Source: Alphaproteobacteria bacterium
GTDB taxonomy: Bacteria > Pseudomonadota > Alphaproteobacteria > UBA6615
Length of the DNA: 64,000 nucleotides
Assembly (NCBI GenBank): GCA_028279245.1
Contig: JANQOE010000039.1
Span: 66,916 to 130,915, forward strand
Direction of reading: 5' to 3'
Shown: positions 1 to 8,672 of the stretch, in pieces
Layout of the letters: each line of letters starts with the position of its first letter
Numbering within the stretch: position 1 is the stretch's first letter
Program-made: the position numbers and the translations under genes
The notes under the pieces: generated by a model
Database searches by the model: none
The model's input: the letters and a program-made list of their open reading frames with translations, nothing else
What the model was told of the DNA's origin: nothing

Positions 1-307
1 GGAGCTTCAGGAATACGCCGGTATGGAACACATTCGAGTAACCGAACGCGACGTCCTCCGCTCCGTAGTAACCGAGATCCTCCGGCGCGCGCAGACGGCG
101 GCGCACGAGGCAGGCGCCAACAACGTGACGACAGAAGACGAGTTCGGCGACGTTGCTGGGCGGATAATTGAGTATGCCGCCAAACACGGTCCCGATTTGA
201 TCGTATTGGGTAGCCGCGGCCTCGGCCCCCTCAAGGGGGTGGCACTCGGCAGCGTGTCGCACAAGGTCACCCATTTGGCGAAGTGCCCGACTGTGACCGT
301 ACACTGA
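1..307 (+). CDS. Universal stress protein (UspA family), 5'-truncated by window edge
   Basis: ORF 23..307 translation ends ...LIVLGSRGLGPLKGVALGSVSHKVTHLAKCPTVTVH, typical UspA C-terminal ATP-binding motif; frame open to position 2. Confidence 0.7.
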   Translation, partial: ELQEYAGMEHIRVTERDVLRSVVTEILRRAQTAAHEAGANNVTTEDEFGDVAGRIIEYAAKHGPDLIVLGSRGLGPLKGVALGSVSHKVTHLAKCPTVTVH

Positions 308-456
308 CGCGCCTAGGCCGAACTGCGTTGCAGTCCGACCATAGCGGGTAGCATTGGGAGCACGGCCACGCCCTGCGAGAACCGGTAACTATCCTTTATG
401 AGCTCGTCGGCAGTATCATGCCCTGCTCGCGTGAAGCGGGCAGGGCTCTGCAGCGC

Positions 457-606
457 TCAGCCGCGCCGCCAAGCCTCAGTCGACTTGCAGCGGCGGCACA
501 CACGCTCGCCTTGCCACGCCGACTCAAAGACATCGCCGCACATCAGACACTTACGTTCGCAGGCCCGATGCTCGGGCTCGCGCTCTAAGATTTCAGCTTC
601 CTCCAT
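457..606 (-). CDS. Small (49 aa) Cys4 zinc-ribbon protein, not in ORF track (below length cutoff)
   Basis: Minus-strand ATG at ~606, stop ~457; translation MEEAEILEREPEHRACERKCLMCGDVFESAWQGERVCRRCKSTEAWRRG has paired CxxC...CxxC motifs; overlapping + strand ORF 398..622 is Arg/Ser-rich wrong-frame type. Confidence 0.45.
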   Translation of the reverse strand: MEEAEILEREPEHRACERKCLMCGDVFESAWQGERVCRRCKSTEAWRRG

Positions 607-701
607 AACGCCAAAGAAATAGACCCTGGGTGGGATAAGTCAACGTGTTGAAAGCATTGGTATTTATGCGCAGGGCCAATCGAGAGTGTTACCGCGATCA
701 G

Positions 702-1745
702 CTAAACAGGGGCCGGACCGGAGCTGGCGCCCTGAATCAGCGGCGCTGCGAGGCGGACCACGGGCTCTTCCACCTCCAGACCGGCAATAGCCTTTAGTAG
801 CGCCTGCGCCCCCGTCCGGCCCAGTTCATAACGTGGCTGGTGGACCGTGGTCAGGGTAGGGCGCACAAACCGTGCCACGTCGATCCCATCAAAGCCGACG
901 ACGGACACATCCTCGGGCACGCGCCGCCCCGCCGAGATCACGGTCTTCATGAAGCTTATGGCAGCCTCGTCGCAGGCCGCGTAGATGGCCGTAGGCGGCG
1001 CCTCGAGCGTCAAGAAATCCTCGGCGGCGTCAACCCCGGCGCGCAGGTTGAAGTGCCCCGGCCAATAAGTAAGGTCCTTGGCGCCGACACCGCCCTGGCG
1101 AAGCCCTTCCTTGAAACCGTCATACCGATCGATCTCATTCACGTTGCCGGCCGGCCCTGAGATGTAACCGAACCGGCGATGTCCGAACTCGAGGAAGTGC
1201 GTTGCGACGTCGATCGACGCCTGGCGATCATCGACGGTCACATGCGGTGCCGTCAGGCCAGGAACCGCGGCACAGACCGCGGCCATGGGCACACCCAGAT
1301 CCGCCATGGACCGATCGCCGTCGCCCGGAATGCGGCCGCTGGTAATCATCACACCGTCGACCTGACCCGACTGCACCAGCTTGACATACCGGGCTTCGCG
1401 TTCAACGAGGTTATCGAGGTTGCCGATAATCATGTCGTAGCCGGACAGCACGAGTTCATCGTCAATCCCGCGCAACACCTCGGCAATGAACGGACTGGCG
1501 ACATTCGGAACAATGACCAGGATCATCATCGAACGGCGCGCGCGCAGATTTCGTGCAGCGACGTTCGGCGTATAGCCAGTCGCCTCGACCGCCCGCAGCA
1601 CGCGCTCCCGCGTCGTGGCACTCACGACCTCCGGATTGGCCAATGTGCGGCTGACCGTTGCCGTCGAAACTCCAGCCCGCGCCGCCACATCTTGAATGGT
1701 GACGTTCCCCGGGCTGTGTCGCGCGCTGCGCCGATTGCCTTCCAT
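702..1745 (-). CDS. LacI family transcriptional regulator
   Basis: N-terminal [27 protein letters not shown] plus periplasmic-binding-fold effector domain; divergent from sugar ABC operon. Confidence 0.9.
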   Translation of the reverse strand: MEGNRRSARHSPGNVTIQDVAARAGVSTATVSRTLANPEVVSATTRERVLRAVEATGYTPNVAARNLRARRSMMILVIVPNVASPFIAEVLRGIDDELVLSGYDMIIGNLDNLVEREARYVKLVQSGQVDGVMITSGRIPGDGDRSMADLGVPMAAVCAAVPGLTAPHVTVDDRQASIDVATHFLEFGHRRFGYISGPAGNVNEIDRYDGFKEGLRQGGVGAKDLTYWPGHFNLRAGVDAAEDFLTLEAPPTAIYAACDEAAISFMKTVISAGRRVPEDVSVVGFDGIDVARFVRPTLTTVHQPRYELGRTGAQALLKAIAGLEVEEPVVRLAAPLIQGASSGPAPV

Positions 1746-1831
1746 TCCACCTTTTGCAACGGGAACCGGTCCTCACGGAAGCGTGGGCCGAATACCGAGT
1801 TGACATCCCTTGTCGATCAGCCCTAACATTA

Positions 1832-1845
1832 TGTAATCGATTACA
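1832..1845. promoter_or_regulatory. Candidate LacI-family operator (perfect 14-bp palindrome TGTAATCGATTACA)
   Basis: Perfect palindrome in the divergent intergenic region between the LacI gene (start 1745) and the SBP gene (start 1909); matches generic LacI-family operator core TGnAAnCGnTTnCA. Confidence 0.5.
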
Positions 1846-1908
1846 TTTACACAAGGATGACCTCTGATATCCGGTGAGTGGTCATCCAGCATTAAGGGAG
1901 GAACCGGG

Positions 1909-3156
1909 ATGGCAGGACGAGGCTTCCGAAAACTGTTAACCACGACTGCGGCGGCAGCACTGTTTAGCGCGCCCGCCATGGCCGCCGACATCGAGGTGAT
2001 TCACTGGTGGACCTCCGGTGGCGAGCAAGCAGCAGTCAGCGTGTTTGCCGACGAGTTTGACGCCCTGGGCGGCGACAGCTGGATCGACGGCGCCATTGCC
2101 ACGGGCGATGCCGCGCGCTCCGCCACGCTGCAGCGGATCCTCGGCGGTGACCCGCCAGGCGCGGCGCAATTCAACACGGGCCGGCAATATGAAGAGCTGA
2201 TCGAAGGCGGCCTGTTGCTTGACTTGACCGAGTTGGCCGAAAGCGAAGGCTGGCGCGACTTTATTCGCCCGTCAACGATTCTTGACGCCTGCGAGCGCGA
2301 TGGCCGCATCTATTGCGTACCGGTCAACATCCACTCCTGGCAATGGGGCTGGGCCTCAATCCCGGTTTTTGAGCAATCCGGTGTCGACCTTCCCAAGAAC
2401 ATAGACGAGTTCCTCGCCGCCGCCCCGCAGATCCAGGAGGCAGGCTTCATCCCGTTCGCCATGGGTGGCCAAAGCTGGCAGCACTCCGGTGCCTTCGCGG
2501 TGCTGATGCTCAACACCCTCGGACGTGACAAGTACGAACAGCTCTATCGGGATAAGAGCGTCGATGTCGCCTCGTCGGCGGAAGTGCGCAAAGTGTTCGA
2601 GTCGTTCCGCGCACTGAAGCAATTCTCCGATGAAGGTTCCGCAAACCGGACTTGGAATGACACCACCAACCTGGTCATCACCGATCAGGCGGCCCTGCAG
2701 ATCATGGGCGACTGGGCCCGCGGCGAATTCGCGGCTGCCGGCGAGGAGGCAGGTGTCGACTACGCTTGCATCGCCGGTCCGTCGGAGAGCCCGTATCTCA
2801 CCACCGGTGGCGACGTCTTCCTGTTCCCGAAGCAGGACGACCCGGATGTGGAGCAGGCCCAACTCAAGCTCGCGTCGATGATGGTGAACCCGCGCGTGCA
2901 GGCCCTGTTCAACAATGCCAAGGGCTCCCTCCCGGTGCGTGACGACGTCGACCTGTCGCTCGCCGACTCCTGCATGCAGGCCGGTCTGGAACTGCTTGCC
3001 AATCCGGACACTGTTGTTGGCGATCCGAACCTCTGGCTGACCGCTGATACGGACGGCCAGATCCGCGATTTGTTCGCGGAGTTCTGGGCAAATGAGGGGC
3101 TGTCGGTTGACGACGCCCAAGCTCAATTCGCTTCGATTATCGAAGCGGCGGAATAA
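1909..3156 (+). CDS. Sugar ABC transporter substrate-binding protein (family 1 SBP)
   Basis: Signal peptide ...ALFSAPAMAADIEV, strong SD agggagg upstream, SBP_bac_1-like sequence, followed by two permeases and ATPase. Confidence 0.9.
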   Translation: MAGRGFRKLLTTTAAAALFSAPAMAADIEVIHWWTSGGEQAAVSVFADEFDALGGDSWIDGAIATGDAARSATLQRILGGDPPGAAQFNTGRQYEELIEGGLLLDLTELAESEGWRDFIRPSTILDACERDGRIYCVPVNIHSWQWGWASIPVFEQSGVDLPKNIDEFLAAAPQIQEAGFIPFAMGGQSWQHSGAFAVLMLNTLGRDKYEQLYRDKSVDVASSAEVRKVFESFRALKQFSDEGSANRTWNDTTNLVITDQAALQIMGDWARGEFAAAGEEAGVDYACIAGPSESPYLTTGGDVFLFPKQDDPDVEQAQLKLASMMVNPRVQALFNNAKGSLPVRDDVDLSLADSCMQAGLELLANPDTVVGDPNLWLTADTDGQIRDLFAEFWANEGLSVDDAQAQFASIIEAAE

Positions 3157-3170
3157 CATCCTCCCCTACT

Positions 3171-3197
3171 GCGGGCGGCTCTAGTAGAGTCGCCCGC
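3171..3197 (+). terminator. Intra-operon stem-loop after SBP gene (attenuator/partial terminator candidate)
   Basis: gcgggcg-g-ctcta-g-tagag-t-cgcccgc nested perfect hairpin followed by gctttcc; position typical for SBP/permease stoichiometry hairpins. Confidence 0.35.
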
Positions 3198-3227
3198 GCT
3201 TTCCTTGTTCCACGCGAGCACTCGATC

Positions 3228-4130
3228 ATGACCTCGTCGCGGAAGCGGTTCGCCAATTTGAACGCCGTCATTGGCGCATCGCCGATGATCGCCGTCGCTG
3301 TTGGGCTTTACATTTTCGGTATTGCCTACTCGATCGCCCTATCCTTCACCAACTCGCGCCTGCTGCCGAAGTTCGACAGCTTTGCGGGTCTTGCCAACTA
3401 CGAGCGGTTGTGGAGCACACCGAGTTGGCTGGTCTCGGTTCATAACATTTGGCTGTTCGGCTTGCTGGTGATCGGCCTGAACATGGCGCTCGGCTTTCTT
3501 ATGGCGACCTTTATGGACCGCCGCGTCCGGCAAGAGGACACATTCCGCACCATCATTCTCTACCCCTACGCCATGTCCCTTATCGTCACCGGACTTGTCT
3601 GGCAGTGGATGATGGACCCGGGCCTCGGCATCCAGGAATCGCTGCGCAACTGGGGCTTTGAAGGCGCTGCATTCGCTCCCCTCGCCAGCCCGGACACCGC
3701 CATTTTTGGCGTTGTCATCGCCGGCGTTTGGCAGGGTTCGGGCGTAACCATGGCCATTCTGTTGGCCGGTCTGCGCGGCGTAGATGAAGACATCTGGAAA
3801 GCGGCGCGGGTTGACGGGATTCCCATTTGGCGGACCTACGTCTTCATCGCATTGCCGATGTTGCGTGGCGCCCTTGCCACGGCATTTGTGCTGCAGGCCG
3901 TCGGCGTGGTGCGGATCTATGATTTGATTATCGCCATCACCGGCGGTGGGCCCGGCATTGCGACCGAGATGCCGGCGAAGTTTGTGATTGATCACATCAC
4001 CAGCCGGATCAACGTATCGCTGGGCATGGCGGGGGCAACCATGATGCTGATACCGATCCTGGTCCTCGTCGCGATCAATTGGTACGTCGATTGGCGCCGC
4101 AAGCGTGCAGCATTGCAGGCCATCGGATGA
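3228..4130 (+). CDS. Sugar ABC transporter permease (MalF/UgpA-like)
   Basis: Six predicted TM segments, EAA-like loop region ...AARVDGIPIWRTYVFIALPML. Confidence 0.9.
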   Translation: MTSSRKRFANLNAVIGASPMIAVAVGLYIFGIAYSIALSFTNSRLLPKFDSFAGLANYERLWSTPSWLVSVHNIWLFGLLVIGLNMALGFLMATFMDRRVRQEDTFRTIILYPYAMSLIVTGLVWQWMMDPGLGIQESLRNWGFEGAAFAPLASPDTAIFGVVIAGVWQGSGVTMAILLAGLRGVDEDIWKAARVDGIPIWRTYVFIALPMLRGALATAFVLQAVGVVRIYDLIIAITGGGPGIATEMPAKFVIDHITSRINVSLGMAGATMMLIPILVLVAINWYVDWRRKRAALQAIG

Positions 4131-5032
4131 CCGCCATCGCTGCCCATGAAACGGTGCTGGAGGCCAGCGGCCCAAGGCCCCGGCAGGTTTCAGCCGCCCG
4201 TATCGGCGTCTACGCCTTCCTGATAACCGCAGCGCTGTTCTTCGCGCTGCCGCTCTATGTGATGCTCGTGACCAGTCTCAAGGGCATGCCGGAAGTCAGA
4301 CTGGGACAGATATTCGCTTTCCCGAGTGCTCCGACATTCGAGCCTTGGATCAAAGCGTGGAGCACAGCGTGTACAGGACGCACCTGCGAAGGCCTTACCC
4401 CCGGCTTCCTGAACTCGGTCAAGATCACCGTGCCGAGCGTGATAATCTCGATTATTGCCGCCGCACTGAACGGCTATGCGCTCTCTTTCTGGAAGTTCAG
4501 GGGCGCGAACTTCTTCTTCGGCTTGCTCATCTTCGGCGCCTTCGTACCGTACCAAGTCGTCATCTTCCCGTTGATCATCTTCATGCGTGAGGTAGGACTA
4601 TTTGCCACCCTACCCGGCATCATTATCGTTCATACGATATTCGGCATGCCTATTCTGACGCTGCTATACCGGAACTATTTCTCGGCGCTTCCTGAAGAAC
4701 TGTTCAAAGCAGCACGTGTCGACGGCGCCGGTTTCTGGCGAATCTTTTTCTACGTGATCATGCCCATGTCGGTGCCGATCACAATCGTCGCCATCATTCT
4801 TCAGGTAACCGGCATCTGGAACGACTTCCTATTCGGCATCGTCTTCGCCGGCCGCGAGAATCTGCCGATGACAGTGCAGCTCAACAACATCGTCCAGACG
4901 ACCACCGGTATTCGGGAGCACAACGTAAACATGGCGGCAACCATCCTGGCGGCCGCGGTACCCCTGGCCGTCTATTTCATCTCAGGCAGATGGTTTGTCC
5001 GCGGCATAGCCGCCGGTGCGGTGAAAGGCTGA
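4127..5032 (+). CDS. Sugar ABC transporter permease (MalG/UgpE-like)
   Basis: ORF 4079..5032; ATG at 4127 overlaps upstream stop (atga); conserved ...AARVDGAGFWRIFFYVIMPM permease signature. Confidence 0.85.
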   Translation: MTAIAAHETVLEASGPRPRQVSAARIGVYAFLITAALFFALPLYVMLVTSLKGMPEVRLGQIFAFPSAPTFEPWIKAWSTACTGRTCEGLTPGFLNSVKITVPSVIISIIAAALNGYALSFWKFRGANFFFGLLIFGAFVPYQVVIFPLIIFMREVGLFATLPGIIIVHTIFGMPILTLLYRNYFSALPEELFKAARVDGAGFWRIFFYVIMPMSVPITIVAIILQVTGIWNDFLFGIVFAGRENLPMTVQLNNIVQTTTGIREHNVNMAATILAAAVPLAVYFISGRWFVRGIAAGAVKG

Positions 5033-5036
5033 AACC

Positions 5037-6116
5037 ATGGCATCCGTGTCCGTCAAGAATCTCGAGGTCTCATTCGGCAGCCTCAAAGTCCTCCGCGAAC
5101 TGAACATTGACATTCGGTCGGGTGAGTTCGTTGTCCTGCTGGGCCCATCCGGCTGCGGCAAGTCGACACTGCTGAACTCGATTGCCGGGCTGTTGGATGC
5201 CAGCGCCGGCCAGATCTGGATCGGCGACCGGAACGTCACCTGGGAAGAGCCGAAGGACCGCGGCATCGGCATGGTCTTTCAGTCATACGCGCTCTACCCG
5301 CGGATGACTGTTGAGGGCAACCTGTCCTTCGGTTTGCGTATGGCCGGCGTTCCGAAGCCGGAGATCGCGCGGCGCATCAACGCCGCGGCCGAGCTTCTGC
5401 ACATCGAGAATCTGATGAAGCGCCGGCCGTCTGAGCTGTCTGGCGGTCAGCGTCAGCGCGTCGCCATCGGCCGCGCACTGGTGCGTGACGTTAACGTCTT
5501 CCTGTTCGACGAACCGCTGTCCAACCTCGACGCCGCGCTGCGGACCGAACTGAGAGTCGAACTCAAGCGGCTGCACCGGGAACTCGGCAACTCAACGATG
5601 ATCTACGTCACACACGATCAGGTGGAGGCACTGACCCTCGCCGATCGGATGGCGGTGATGCACCGCGGCCTGATCCAGCAGTTCGATACGCCGCGGACCA
5701 TCTATCACCACCCAGCAAACACCTTCGTCGCCGGCTTCGTCGGTTCCCCCCGAATGAATTTCCTCAAGGGGCGGGTCGAACAGCGAGCCAATTCGTTTGC
5801 CTTCGTCTCCGATCAGTTCGTGCAGCCGCTGGCACAGTACAATTTCGTCAATGCCACGGGTAGTGGCGATGGAGCCGAACTCGGTATCCGTCCGGAGCAT
5901 ATTCGCATCGATCCTGACCAGGGCACCCATGAGGCAACAGTCGAGCTGGTCGAGCCAATGGGGGCCGAAACAGTTGTCTGGTGCCGCCTCAAAAAGCAAA
6001 CAATAGGCCTGCGGCTCGAAGGCGACCAATCATTCGAAACGCAACAGACGTTAAGACTCACCTTCCCCGAACAACGATTGAATATGTTCGATTCGAACAC
6101 CGGGGACCGGCTCTAG
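5037..6116 (+). CDS. ABC transporter ATP-binding protein (MalK/UgpC-like with C-terminal regulatory domain)
   Basis: Walker A GPSGCGKST, signature LSGGQRQR, Walker B LFDEPLSNLD, C-terminal TOBE-like domain. Confidence 0.9.
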   Translation: MASVSVKNLEVSFGSLKVLRELNIDIRSGEFVVLLGPSGCGKSTLLNSIAGLLDASAGQIWIGDRNVTWEEPKDRGIGMVFQSYALYPRMTVEGNLSFGLRMAGVPKPEIARRINAAAELLHIENLMKRRPSELSGGQRQRVAIGRALVRDVNVFLFDEPLSNLDAALRTELRVELKRLHRELGNSTMIYVTHDQVEALTLADRMAVMHRGLIQQFDTPRTIYHHPANTFVAGFVGSPRMNFLKGRVEQRANSFAFVSDQFVQPLAQYNFVNATGSGDGAELGIRPEHIRIDPDQGTHEATVELVEPMGAETVVWCRLKKQTIGLRLEGDQSFETQQTLRLTFPEQRLNMFDSNTGDRL

Positions 6117-6143
6117 TTAATAGTCAAACAACGAAGCAGATTA

Positions 6144-6899
6144 ATGACCAACAGCGACATTCTCTCTATTCAACTCTATAGCCTGCGGAAATACGGGGAC
6201 CTCAACCGGGCGCTGGATCTCGTCGCCTCCATCGGCTTCAAACAAGTCGAACCGGTAATGAGCCATTATGATGACGCCGCCGGTACGCGGGCTGCGTTGG
6301 ACGAACGCGGCCTAACGGCCCCCAGCGGCCATTTCTCGCTGGAGGCGGTGAGCGAGCGCACTGGCTGGGTCATCGACGTCGCCAAGACTATCGGTATCCA
6401 GCAGATCATCGTGCCCGCGGTCCCGACCGAGGTCCGGACATCGCGCGCCGCCGACTGGCATGCAACGACCGACGCGATGGCCAGCGCCGCTCCGGCATTG
6501 GCCGATGCCGGCCTCGCATTGGCCTATCACAACCACGATTGGGACCTGCAGCCGACCGACGAAGGCCCGACCCCCTTGGACATCATCTTGTCTGCCCCGG
6601 ATCTGAAGTGGCAGGCCGACGTCGCCTGGATCGCCCGCGCCGGCGTCCCGGTCAACGACTGGCTCTCCAAGTATGAAGACCGGCTTATTAGTTGCCATGT
6701 GAAAGACATCGCGCCGGCCGGTGAGAATCTCGACGAGGACGGGTGGAGCGCCGTGGGTGACGGCGTGATGGACTGGAAGACGCTATGGTCCCGCTGCCGT
6801 CAGACACCCGCCGACTGGATGGTTGTCGAACACGACAACCCGAGGGATTTCGAGCCGTTCGTCAAACGCAGCTTCGCCTTCCTGCAGGGCCTCAACTAG
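6144..6899 (+). CDS. Sugar phosphate isomerase/epimerase (xylose isomerase-like TIM barrel)
   Basis: N-term MTNSDILSIQLYSLRKYGDL... typical AP_endonuc_2/xylose-isomerase-fold proteins. Confidence 0.8.
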   Translation: MTNSDILSIQLYSLRKYGDLNRALDLVASIGFKQVEPVMSHYDDAAGTRAALDERGLTAPSGHFSLEAVSERTGWVIDVAKTIGIQQIIVPAVPTEVRTSRAADWHATTDAMASAAPALADAGLALAYHNHDWDLQPTDEGPTPLDIILSAPDLKWQADVAWIARAGVPVNDWLSKYEDRLISCHVKDIAPAGENLDEDGWSAVGDGVMDWKTLWSRCRQTPADWMVVEHDNPRDFEPFVKRSFAFLQGLN

Positions 6900-6918
6900 C
6901 AACGCCGGAGCCACCGCA

Positions 6919-8052
6919 ATGAAAGCAATGAAGGCCGGCCTTATCGGCTGCGGCAACATCAGCGACACCTACTTCCAGATGACGCCCCGGTTCGAGGCGC
7001 TCGACATCGTGAGTTGCACCGACATCGCACCGGACGCCGCCTCAGCGAAGACCTCAGAATATGGCGTCACATCCCAAACTGTGGACGAGTTCTTCGGCAA
7101 CCCCGAGTTGGAACTCATCATCAACCTGACAGTCCCCAACGCCCACGCCGAAGTCACGGAGCGGGCGCTACGGGCCGGAAAGCATGTCTATTCGGAGAAG
7201 CCCCTCGCTGCATCACTCAACGATGCGCGGAGTATCGCAGCGGTAGCAGTGGAAACGGGCCGCCGCGTCGGCTGCGCGCCCGACACCATATTCGGCGGTG
7301 GCCACCAGCGCGCCCGGCAGCTTATCGACAGCGATGTCATCGGCCGGCCTGTCGGCGCCACCGCACTGTTTTTGTCGCGGGGGATGGAATCCTGGCACCC
7401 GAACCCGGATTTCTTCTTCAAGCGCGGCGGCGGGCCGGTTCTCGACGTTGGCCCCTATTACATCGCCGCTCTGATAAACCTGATGGGCCCTGTCAAAAGG
7501 CTCACAGCCAGCGGCGCGATCACCCATCCGGAACGGACAATCACCAGCCAGCCGCGACACGGCGAGAAGATCCAGGTGGAGATACCGACTCATGTATCGG
7601 CATCCCTGGAGTTTCATTCCGGCGCCGTCGCCGCATTGATGGCAAGCTGGGATGTGCAGCGACACGGGCACAACCCCATCGAGATCTATGGAACCCGGGC
7701 CTCTATGATCGTGCCCGACCCGAACTTCTTCGGCGGCGACTGCCTGGTTGGCCGGCCGGACGGAGATTGGGAAACGGTCCCGCCCGGCGATCTGCCCTTC
7801 GCCGAACCAAACTGGCCGACGAAGAGCGGCAACCAGGTGGCGAACCACCGCATTATCGGCGCCATCGACATGGCCTACGGGATTCGCAACGAGCGCCCCC
7901 ACCGGGCAAGCATGGAATTCGCCCTGCATACCCTTGAGATCATGGAGGCCATCGGCAAGTCAGCCGAAACCGGCCGACACGTCGAGATCGAAAGCACCTG
8001 CGAGCGTCCGGCCGCCGTACCCGCCGGACGGGGCGAATCCGTCTTCGCCTGA
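6919..8052 (+). CDS. Gfo/Idh/MocA family NAD(P)-dependent oxidoreductase
   Basis: ORF 6823..8052; start refined to ATG 6919 (MKAMKAGLIGCGNIS Rossmann motif, ggag SD 8 nt upstream). Confidence 0.85.
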   Translation: MKAMKAGLIGCGNISDTYFQMTPRFEALDIVSCTDIAPDAASAKTSEYGVTSQTVDEFFGNPELELIINLTVPNAHAEVTERALRAGKHVYSEKPLAASLNDARSIAAVAVETGRRVGCAPDTIFGGGHQRARQLIDSDVIGRPVGATALFLSRGMESWHPNPDFFFKRGGGPVLDVGPYYIAALINLMGPVKRLTASGAITHPERTITSQPRHGEKIQVEIPTHVSASLEFHSGAVAALMASWDVQRHGHNPIEIYGTRASMIVPDPNFFGGDCLVGRPDGDWETVPPGDLPFAEPNWPTKSGNQVANHRIIGAIDMAYGIRNERPHRASMEFALHTLEIMEAIGKSAETGRHVEIESTCERPAAVPAGRGESVFA

Positions 8053-8098
8053 GGCCGGCGCCTTTTGGAGTGGCGTCAAACGCCGCCTCGGCCTGCAA

Positions 8099-8197
8099 TC
8101 AGAAGCTGGTGTCTTCAAACACCTTGAGCAGTCGGGCCAGGATCATCAGCCCAACCGCGGCCACAGACAGCCACGCGGCCCGGCGCAGGGCGCGCAT
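8099..8197 (-). CDS. Possible 32-aa hydrophobic micro-protein
   Basis: MRALRRAAWLSVAAVGLMILARLLKVFEDTSF; AAGG 8 nt upstream of ATG; unsupported by homology. Confidence 0.2.
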   Translation of the reverse strand: MRALRRAAWLSVAAVGLMILARLLKVFEDTSF

Positions 8198-8352
8198 GGT
8201 TAACCTTCTGTTAAGGTTACCGAGTCATATATGCGGCGTGCATTCTTCATGCTTCCTCCCTGAAACTTGGCCCCGCTCTTAAGCGGGGTCTTCTTTTTCG
8301 GGCCGCGACGTCGATCTGAGGCGCCTTCCAGGGAAATGCCCCGCCTGAGCCG

Positions 8353-8541
8353 CTAGACGCCCCCAGGCTCGCGAATTTGGCGATCCACCGCCGTATGCAA
8401 TTCGTCCAAAGTGCCGAAACAGCGGCCATCCAGCCCACCCAGGGACAGGTGGCTGGTATGGAACGAGAAGCGGTCGCCGAGGGTCATGGCATGACCAACC
8501 ACTCTGCCTTCAATTTCAACCGGATAGCTCAGAATCGGCAT
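8353..8541 (-). CDS. Hypothetical small protein (62 aa)
   Basis: ATG with good SD (agggag) 6-7 nt upstream; MPILSYPVEIEGRVVGHAMTLGDRFSFHTSHLSLGG...; no family recognised. Confidence 0.35.
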   Translation of the reverse strand: MPILSYPVEIEGRVVGHAMTLGDRFSFHTSHLSLGGLDGRCFGTLDELHTAVDRQIREPGGV

Positions 8542-8672
8542 CCCTGGCTCCCTGTGCTACCTTCTTTCAAGAGTAGCTGGAGCGCTAATTAAAGCGCGTA
8601 TTTGCGTCGCGGCAAGGGGGATATTTCGTTGCATCGCCGAATAAGACCGATCGCGCCCGGGCGCTAACTCCC

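Noticed and set aside
398-622. 74-aa + strand ORF
   Set aside because: Arg/Ser/Pro-rich low-complexity translation typical of an off-frame read of GC-rich DNA; the opposite strand encodes a convincing zinc-ribbon micro-protein.
840-1826. + strand ORFs 840..1160 and 1179..1826 inside the LacI gene
   Set aside because: Antisense shadow ORFs of a well-supported LacI-family CDS.
7014-7937. 307-aa + strand ORF and 238-aa minus ORF 7213..7929
   Set aside because: Alternative-frame or antisense shadows within the Gfo/Idh/MocA oxidoreductase; Arg/Pro-rich composition.
8521-8545. tRNA-like D-arm string ggatagctcag
   Set aside because: No acceptor stem, anticodon arm or T-arm nearby; it lies inside the small ORF.
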